Below are positions 57,869-64,000 of a stretch of DNA of 64,000 nt, piece by piece. A program made the translations under genes and the position numbers. Numbering within the stretch: position 1 is the stretch's first letter; each line of letters starts with the position of its first letter. Under the pieces are notes generated by a model that worked only from the letters and a program-made list of their open reading frames with translations, did no database searches and was not told the origin of the DNA. This DNA is from an uncultured Candidatus Saccharibacteria bacterium (lineage in GTDB: Bacteria; Patescibacteriota; Minisyncoccia; Phycocordibacterales; UBA1006): positions 7,638 through 71,637 of the forward strand of contig CAYGJA010000004.1 of NCBI GenBank assembly GCA_964350165.1, written 5' to 3'.

Positions 57869-57912
57869 ATCCAAAACAAAAACCTCACAGATGTGAGGTT
57901 TTTGTTTTGGAT
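57869..57912. terminator. Perfect 20-bp-arm inverted repeat (atccaaaacaaaaacctcaca-gatg-tgtgaggtttttgttttggat), bidirectional terminator
   Basis: Seen directly between the convergent Hsp20 gene and the 57945..58550 gene. Confidence 0.7.
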
Positions 57913-57944
57913 TTACGGCAAAACATCAAAGAGCAAAGCCCTCG

Positions 57945-58550
57945 CTAAACAGCATAGTTTTTCTTGAGTTCCTCAAGCGCCTCCGCTACGTATACTTCGC
58001 TCTCCCCCGTCGGTTTGACCTGCAGAAGTGCGACAGCCAACTCAAGAGCGGTTCTAACAAGTTCCGGTTTGAAGTTATTCTTTGTACAAAGACGAGCATC
58101 CAGACTGTTGCTTAGGCGCGCCCACAGCGCAAGAATTTTTTCCGGGCTTTCTTGAGCTTCAAGCAGTTGATGCATTATCATTTGTCCAACACTCTGACCG
58201 GCGGCATCTGCTTTTTCAACCACCTCTGGCCCAAATTTTTTCAGAAGTTCCTCCCGAAGTTCAGCAGATCCCTCCTGTGTTATTTTATGCCACTGATTCT
58301 TGTCTACCCACTTTGCCAAAAGCTCCATATCTGCGTTCGACGCCTCATTACGACCAAGGCGCCATTCTGCAGCAGCAATCTCTTGATATTCTTCCGAAGT
58401 CAAAAACCCCTTTTCCTGCTGCGCATATGCAAAACCTAGGGCTTTGGCAATATTTCTTTTGGAATATCGTTGTTCTTGTTCTAGTGGGTTACCACCGTCT
58501 GACTCAACAACAGGTTTATTAGCACCAAATGGATCGAATTCTTCATTCAT
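57945..58550 (-). CDS. Hypothetical protein (about 200 aa, helical)
   Basis: ORF only; start chosen at MNEEFDPFG. Confidence 0.35.
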   Translation of the reverse strand: MNEEFDPFGANKPVVESDGGNPLEQEQRYSKRNIAKALGFAYAQQEKGFLTSEEYQEIAAAEWRLGRNEASNADMELLAKWVDKNQWHKITQEGSAELREELLKKFGPEVVEKADAAGQSVGQMIMHQLLEAQESPEKILALWARLSNSLDARLCTKNNFKPELVRTALELAVALLQVKPTGESEVYVAEALEELKKNYAV

Positions 58551-58742
58551 GTTGATATTTAACGTAATTATTAATAAACACATTAATTATGTTAACACAT
58601 GGCCGTTTATCGAAAAGATCACTTCACCCTAGATTAAGAACAGAGTAAGGCGCACTGCGATACCCTATTCACCAAGAATTGTTAGTGAAACGGTCTTTGG
58701 AGGGCGGACTTGCCCACATGTTCTCAAGAAATATATTCCTTT

Positions 58743-58816
58743 GTGCTTGGGGGCGGACTCGAACCGCCGACCCTTCGCTCTTCAGGCGAATGCTCTAACC
58801 AACTGAGCTACCCAAG
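58743..58816 (-). tRNA. tRNA-Phe (anticodon GAA)
   Basis: Acceptor gcttggg/cccaagc, anticodon stem ttcgc/gcgaa, loop ctGAAga, T-loop ttcgagt. Confidence 0.9.
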
Positions 58817-58820
58817 CATG

Positions 58821-59084
58821 TTATTCGTTATTTTTATCAAACAGACCATTTACCGAATCAATTCCCCCCTGGATGCCTTGGTAGGTGTCTTGGATATCGT
58901 TCAAATACGGCTGTGCCGCCAAATACCCAAACACACTGAGCCCGATAATCAAAATCCAGTAGAAAATCTTGAAAGCACGCCCCCAAGCCATTCGGCTGTC
59001 TATTTTTTTCAAAATAACACGGTTCTCGTCGACCATATCCTGGAGTTCATCCAGTTGCTTTTGCAGATCGCGATACTCCGTCAT
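58821..59084 (-). CDS. Small membrane protein, hypothetical (87 aa)
   Basis: One TM helix (AFKIFYWILIIGLSVFGYLAA) after a coiled N-terminus. Confidence 0.35.
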   Translation of the reverse strand: MTEYRDLQKQLDELQDMVDENRVILKKIDSRMAWGRAFKIFYWILIIGLSVFGYLAAQPYLNDIQDTYQGIQGGIDSVNGLFDKNNE

Positions 59085-59139
59085 GTGTTATATCATAGCA
59101 AGGAAAGTATTTTTTTTCCAGCAAAAATAGCCAAATAGG

Positions 59140-59211
59140 TGCCCTCGTCAGGAATCGAACCTGAATCTAGAACTTAGGAGGTTCTTGTTCTATCCATTGA
59201 ACTACGGGGGC
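59140..59211 (-). tRNA. tRNA-Arg (anticodon CCT)
   Basis: Acceptor gcccccg/cgagggc (one C-A mismatch), D-arm gttc-aatggat-agaac, anticodon stem agaac/gttct, loop ctCCTaa, T-loop ttcgatt. Confidence 0.8.
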
Positions 59212-59216
59212 CAGAC

Positions 59217-59246
59217 AAAAAGCACCGTAACGGTGCTTTTTGTAGA
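59217..59246. terminator. Hairpin terminator (agcaccg-taa-cggtgct flanked by A4/T5)
   Basis: Lies between the glutaredoxin-like gene and tRNA-Arg. Confidence 0.6.
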
Positions 59247-59272
59247 GTAGCGCAGAATTACCCTGGTGACAA

Positions 59273-59530
59273 TTACAGACTCAGAAGCTCGCGCATCTTG
59301 TCTTCGTTGAAACCAATCAGCATCTCTTCTCCAATCATAATCACAGGAACACCCATTTGGCCGCTTTTTTCAATCATTTCGGCTCGTTTGTCAGTGTCTT
59401 CGGCTACATTATAATCGGTATATTCGACGTTGTTTTCCTTCAAAAACTCCTTGGTCATATTGCAATAATGACAAGTCGGGGTTGAGTAGATAACAATTCC
59501 AGCTCCATTATCGTTTTTGTTTTCTTCCAT
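59273..59530 (-). CDS. Glutaredoxin-like protein (NrdH/Grx family)
   Basis: CHYC active site after beta-1 (VIYSTPTCHYCNMTKEFL); 85 aa. Confidence 0.75.
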   Translation of the reverse strand: MEENKNDNGAGIVIYSTPTCHYCNMTKEFLKENNVEYTDYNVAEDTDKRAEMIEKSGQMGVPVIMIGEEMLIGFNEDKMRELLSL

Positions 59531-59607
59531 AAACCAATACTACCCAATTGGGTGCTAATTCTAAATGTGGAGCCAGTATACCATGAGGTGTTTTTATTTT
59601 CTCACTT

Positions 59608-59907
59608 CTATTCGTCGTCAACAATAATGATTAATCGTTCTCCAGGCTCGGCTACTCGATAATGATCTCGCACAAAATAATCAATGCCATCCTCGGAAAC
59701 AAGCGAATCAAGCTCTCCTTCTAGATAGCCCTTTTGTTTGTTCAAATCCCCCAATTCGCTTGCGTACACTGATTGCACTTTTCTTGCCTGGAGATATTTA
59801 GAGCCCATAGTTACCGTGCCACGCACCAATACAAAAGAGGCCACCAACAGCAGTCCGATTACAGTTACTCGACGAATTATCTTGAGTTTGGCTGGTGCGG
59901 TTTCCAT
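59608..59907 (-). CDS. Septum-formation initiator (FtsB/DivIC-like) protein
   Basis: N-terminal TM helix followed by a short coiled-coil (ELGDLNKQKGYLEGELDSL); 99 aa. Confidence 0.5.
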   Translation of the reverse strand: METAPAKLKIIRRVTVIGLLLVASFVLVRGTVTMGSKYLQARKVQSVYASELGDLNKQKGYLEGELDSLVSEDGIDYFVRDHYRVAEPGERLIIIVDDE

Positions 59908-60081
59908 AACGTGCTATTATTTTAGCATAACGTTTTTCGCCATGAACATTTTCCGAGCCAAACATCGAAAAAAAGTACAACGAATCTGGGGCTTTATCTC
60001 TGCCCTAGTTATCATTAGTATGATGATTCTCTATTCTGGTTTTGCCACTGGTGGTGGTCTTTTCTAGACCAAGACAACTGA

Positions 60082-61893
60082 CTATTTTTTCATCATTTTT
60101 AGAAAAACATCCTGCGGGATATTTACACTTCCCTGGGCAGCCATTTTCTTTTTGCCTTTTTTCTGTTTTTCACGCAGTTTCATTTTTCGGGTAATATCCC
60201 CTCCATATAATTTTGCGGTCACGTCCTTGCGAAGTGCTTTTATCGTTCGAGAAGCAATGACTCGTCCAAGAGCAGCTGCCTGAATTTTTATCACAAACAT
60301 CTGTCGTGGCAACAAGCCGTATAATTTTTCTACCGCTTCTTCAGCTTCTATTTCGGCACGCGCCCTTGACACCACCTTGGTAAAAGCGGGCACAGGCTCT
60401 CCACCGACCATTACATCTAACCGAGTAACATCTGCTGTTCGAGAGCCAATTGCTGAATACGAAATGGAGGCAAACCCCGAAGAAACGCTCTTTAATTCAT
60501 CAAAAAAATTCCGCATTAATTCTCGCAAAGGCATATCCACGACCAGCTGTGTTCGCTGATCACCAAAAGTCTCTGAATCAATAATTTCCCCCTCATGATC
60601 GTGCAATATCTGCATCAGACCGCTAAAATATTCGCCAGGTGAAATTATTTTCAATCGCACCCAAGGTTCTTTTATCTCATCAACGGTCCCATGATCAGGA
60701 AAAGCCATGGGCGAGTACACGGTCTCCCAATCTCCCCCCCTAGATTTCACCTCGTAGATAACACTGGGCGACGTAATAATTAAATCCAAATCAAATTCTC
60801 TTCGCAATCGCTCCGTAACAATTTCCAGGTGAAGCATTCCCAAAAAACCAACCCGAAAACCTCGCCCCAAACTACCAGAAGATTCTTCTTCATAAGTAAA
60901 AGAAGAATCAGACAAGCGTAACCTTCCCAATCCAGTGCGCAATTCAACAAAATCATCCTGACTCTCTGGATATATTGAAGCCCATACGACAGGCGTCGGA
61001 ACCTGATATCCGCTCAATGGGCTGGCCGGGGTTTTTTGGAGTGTTACGGTATCACCCACCGAAGCAATACCCGCTTCTTTGATTCCCGTTACAATATAGC
61101 CAATCTCTCCCGGCCCGAGACTTTCGGTCGCAATCGCCCCCGGAGAAAACACTCCGGTCTCAAGGCATTGAAATTTTTTACCCGATACCGCAAACAGCAA
61201 TGTGTCTCCTTTTTTAAAAATACCGTCTTTTACTCGCACATACACAATAACCCCACGATGATCAGAGTACTCGAAATCAAATACCAGGGCTCGATTAACC
61301 TTGTCTTCGGCGTCAATTCTGGGAGCCGGCACTCGAGCGATTACTTCTTGGAGCAACTCCTCTACCCCTTGTCCGGTTTTTCCAGAGGTTTCCAATATGT
61401 CATCCAGTTCGCAATCTAAAAGCTCGGCAATTTCTAGCTTTACATCGTCCACTCGGGCATGAGGTGCATCAACCTTTGATAAAACAGGAATAATAACCAG
61501 CCCCTGCTCTCTCGCCATTCCCAAAGTAGTAAAAGTCTGCGCTTGCACTCCTTGTGTTGCATCTACAAGCAAAATAGAGCCTTCTACGGCCTGCAGGGCC
61601 CGAGACACTTCGTATGAAAAATCAATATGCCCAGGAGTATCAATAAGGTTCAGGACATACTCCTCGCCTGCATTTTGATATTTCATTCGCACTGGTTGCA
61701 TCTTGATCGTAATGCCTCGTTCACGCTCTAGCTCCATATTGTCGAGCACTTGGGCTTGCATTTTTCGAGCCTCGATTGTTTTTGTTTTTTCCAGCATTCT
61801 ATCAGCCAAGGTTGATTTGCCGTGGTCAATATGGGCGATAATGCTAAAATTTCTAATCTGCTGACTCTTCATGATGTTATGCATACTACCCAA
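60082..61893 (-). CDS. lepA: Elongation factor 4 (LepA)
   Basis: IRNFSIIAHIDHGKSTLADR G1 motif; 603 aa; LepA-specific C-terminal domain. Confidence 0.95.
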   Translation of the reverse strand: MGSMHNIMKSQQIRNFSIIAHIDHGKSTLADRMLEKTKTIEARKMQAQVLDNMELERERGITIKMQPVRMKYQNAGEEYVLNLIDTPGHIDFSYEVSRALQAVEGSILLVDATQGVQAQTFTTLGMAREQGLVIIPVLSKVDAPHARVDDVKLEIAELLDCELDDILETSGKTGQGVEELLQEVIARVPAPRIDAEDKVNRALVFDFEYSDHRGVIVYVRVKDGIFKKGDTLLFAVSGKKFQCLETGVFSPGAIATESLGPGEIGYIVTGIKEAGIASVGDTVTLQKTPASPLSGYQVPTPVVWASIYPESQDDFVELRTGLGRLRLSDSSFTYEEESSGSLGRGFRVGFLGMLHLEIVTERLRREFDLDLIITSPSVIYEVKSRGGDWETVYSPMAFPDHGTVDEIKEPWVRLKIISPGEYFSGLMQILHDHEGEIIDSETFGDQRTQLVVDMPLRELMRNFFDELKSVSSGFASISYSAIGSRTADVTRLDVMVGGEPVPAFTKVVSRARAEIEAEEAVEKLYGLLPRQMFVIKIQAAALGRVIASRTIKALRKDVTAKLYGGDITRKMKLREKQKKGKKKMAAQGSVNIPQDVFLKMMKK

Positions 61894-61917
61894 CCAAACA
61901 GGGAAAGTATAGAGGGG

Positions 61918-63603
61918 CTAGGATAAATCAGTATCGACTCCGCCAATTTTTTGTTTCCAAAATTTTTTCTTGAGTGCGGCCAAGATCTGCAAGAATTCTT
62001 GATTTCCAATCGCCCAAAAGAGCCAAGCTCCAACCAAGGTCGCCAGCCCTCCAGCCAAAATACCCTGAAGCAAAACGCCGGACAAGACTGCTTGATCAAA
62101 CCATACCGCGCCCAATTGAAGTCCAGAATAAGCCACCGCCCCCATCAATATAGATACTGACAAGCTCTGCAGACCACTTCGGAATATTCCGCTTTGATTT
62201 TCTTTCAAAAACTCTCTTCGAAACAACAACCACATGACAACCGCATTCAGAATAGACCCAGCCGCAAACGCAAAAGCCAACACCAGCACCCTTGTGCCCT
62301 CGACTCCTTCAACCCTCATAAGATGTTCCACAAAAGATGCAAGCTGAGGTGCATGTTCGTATACTCGATACAATAAAAAACCAAGCCCGATGGCAAACAA
62401 AGAAGACACCAGGTTCACAGAAAAAGGACGCCAGGTTTTACCAGCTGCATAATAACCACGCACAAAGAGCAGAACTGCACTTTGTGCAACGACAGCCAAT
62501 ACCAATAACGCAAAAATAGCCGCTGTGAGCCTGGTGTCATCCCAATTAAATTCCCCAGAACCCAAAATCACACGAACAATCTGAGCACGAAGCACAATAA
62601 ACAACACCATGACCGGGAAAGACCAAAACAAAATCTGTTGCAAGGGAGAAATAACATGCTCAACAAAACGCTTCATATCTTTTTTTGCAAACGTTTCCAC
62701 CAAAGTAGGAAAAGCCGCCACAGAAAAAGTCATGCCGATCAAGGCCAAAGGCACTGATTGGATATTTTTAGCAAAAGAAAAAACAGAAACCGCTCCCTCC
62801 CCAACCAAAGAAGCAATCGCGAGCAATACTGCCAGAGTGATTTGAGTTAATGCCAAAGTCAGCGTGCGTGGGATAGATATACCGACCACTCGAGACAGTC
62901 GCTCGCGATTAAAAACAAAACGCAAGCTTGGAATTGTTTTGTATTTTATTAAAACAGGAAGCTGAATAGCTGCGTGCATCATAGCGCCAATCACAACCCC
63001 GGCCACCAAACCGTCAAGACCAAATGCAGGGTACAACACGATTACCCCCAAAATTATTCCAATATTGTATAGAACAGGAGAAAGTCCAAAGGCAACAAAA
63101 GCTCTTCGACTCTGAGTAACTACACCAAAAATATTAGAAATACCTAGAAAAATAGGAGACAAGAGCAATATACGACTAGCTCTAAGTAATTGATCATGCA
63201 TATCTGGAGAAAAGCCAGGTGCAATCAACGTCACCAACGAAGGCATCAAGAAAAATAACACCACCGACAAAACAACCATAAACACAAGAAAAGCCGTGAG
63301 TATTTCTGACAAAAACTTTTTGGCTTCAGCATGATTTTCCGATTCCTTGGTCCACAAATCAGTAAAAAACGGCATGAGTATTGTTACCGAAACTAGAGCT
63401 GCCGCTATGGCGTACAGCAAGTCAGGAATTCGAAAAGAAGCATAGTAGATATCCAATATTTCTCCTGGGCCAAGCTGACTGGCCAAAGTACGATCACGCA
63501 CAAGACCCAATACTTGCGAACCCAGCAGTGTTATTCCCAGCAAAAGAGCCGCCTGATTAATGCTGGCCACGTCTTTATTCAGAAGGGCAAAGATTTTTTT
63601 CAC
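61918..63603 (-). CDS. murJ: Lipid II flippase MurJ (MviN)
   Basis: 14-TM MOP-superfamily protein with the conserved MurJ N-terminus (LLGSQVLGLVRDRTLASQLG...DIYYASFRIPDLLY). Confidence 0.85.
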   Translation of the reverse strand: MKKIFALLNKDVASINQAALLLGITLLGSQVLGLVRDRTLASQLGPGEILDIYYASFRIPDLLYAIAAALVSVTILMPFFTDLWTKESENHAEAKKFLSEILTAFLVFMVVLSVVLFFLMPSLVTLIAPGFSPDMHDQLLRASRILLLSPIFLGISNIFGVVTQSRRAFVAFGLSPVLYNIGIILGVIVLYPAFGLDGLVAGVVIGAMMHAAIQLPVLIKYKTIPSLRFVFNRERLSRVVGISIPRTLTLALTQITLAVLLAIASLVGEGAVSVFSFAKNIQSVPLALIGMTFSVAAFPTLVETFAKKDMKRFVEHVISPLQQILFWSFPVMVLFIVLRAQIVRVILGSGEFNWDDTRLTAAIFALLVLAVVAQSAVLLFVRGYYAAGKTWRPFSVNLVSSLFAIGLGFLLYRVYEHAPQLASFVEHLMRVEGVEGTRVLVLAFAFAAGSILNAVVMWLLFRREFLKENQSGIFRSGLQSLSVSILMGAVAYSGLQLGAVWFDQAVLSGVLLQGILAGGLATLVGAWLFWAIGNQEFLQILAALKKKFWKQKIGGVDTDLS

Positions 63604-63611
63604 AAAAATAA

Positions 63612-64000
63612 TTATTCCAAAGATTCATCTAGGCTAACAGGAATAGGAACTTCTACGGCCGTATCTGGGTCTACGACTTCGGTGGTGTCGGCTGTTTCTG
63701 CAATAGTAGAAACAGGGCTTGTATCTTCTCGAGAATCAAGCTGTTCCGGTCGATTATCCGCTGTTTCATTAGGCTGAAGAACCCCAGAAGCGATGAGGTT
63801 ATCTATAATTTGTTGGGAAGACTCTTTTTCACCAGCCGCATCAAGTGTATAGGCAAGGGCCAAGGCCGCATCTACAGAAGATGGATTGGCGGCAATGGCC
63901 AATTCAAAAATCTGCCGAGAAAGCTCAAAACGACCCTCATTGTAAGCATAAACACCTATCTGCATAATCGAACCAAAGTCTTCGGCAACCCTAATCGCAT
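63612..64000 (-). CDS. Hypothetical TPR-like protein (C-terminal part; start beyond the window end)
   Basis: Partial ORF; weak TPR-like helical signature. Confidence 0.3.
   Translation of the reverse strand, partial: AIRVAEDFGSIMQIGVYAYNEGRFELSRQIFELAIAANPSSVDAALALAYTLDAAGEKESSQQIIDNLIASGVLQPNETADNRPEQLDSREDTSPVSTIAETADTTEVVDPDTAVEVPIPVSLDESLE

Overview
This 64 kb window looks like part of a compact, low-GC bacterial chromosome. Many proteins are shortened (ValRS about 736 aa, UvrC 408 aa, GlmU uridyltransferase domain only, HolB-like 227 aa), which fits a streamlined genome such as Patescibacteria/CPR; this is inferred from the sequence only. Most of the window is housekeeping. It carries a scattered cell-wall/division set (murC-murD-alr, murB-murE, a Mur ligase of the Mpl/MurC type, murA, ftsA-ftsZ, mreB, murJ, an FtsB-like gene), translation and RNA genes (ychF, a tsaC fragment, tsaD, valS, lepA, frr, rpsU, ybeY, an RlmB-like methylase), plus a P-type ATPase, an ECF sigma factor, rseP and trxB. 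I found seven tRNAs by hand-folding: Ala-TGC, Ala-GGC, Glu-TTC, Val-GAC, Phe-GAA, Arg-CCT and one more Ala copy (see features). There is no rRNA and no CRISPR array.

The accessory part is roughly 44.3-51.9 kb. Two outward-facing tRNAs (Glu, Val) each carry a terminator hairpin and then a 19-21 bp direct repeat of their own 3' end about 140-200 bp downstream, which reads as integration scars. Between them sits a 1142-aa secreted tail-fibre-like protein with a C-terminal S74 intramolecular-chaperone domain and long internal DNA repeats. Beside tRNA-Glu is a strongly AT-rich two-gene cassette: an OLD-family ABC-ATPase+TOPRIM nuclease (672 aa) preceded by a 394-aa Cys-rich protein with a SEC-C zinc motif. 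I regard this as the most likely novel or uncharacterised defence-type module in the window.

A second unusual block (6.3-11.5 kb) encodes two tandem paralogous soluble VirD4/TraD-like P-loop ATPases next to a membrane-anchored lamin-tail-domain surface protein and an MscS channel. One of the ATPases has a C-terminal zinc ribbon and a Lys/Pro/Gln-rich tail. Other points worth a look are a frameshifted APH-like kinase at a homopolymer, a PriA homologue lacking Walker A/B, and a silent 340 bp intergenic region that ends in a GC hairpin.
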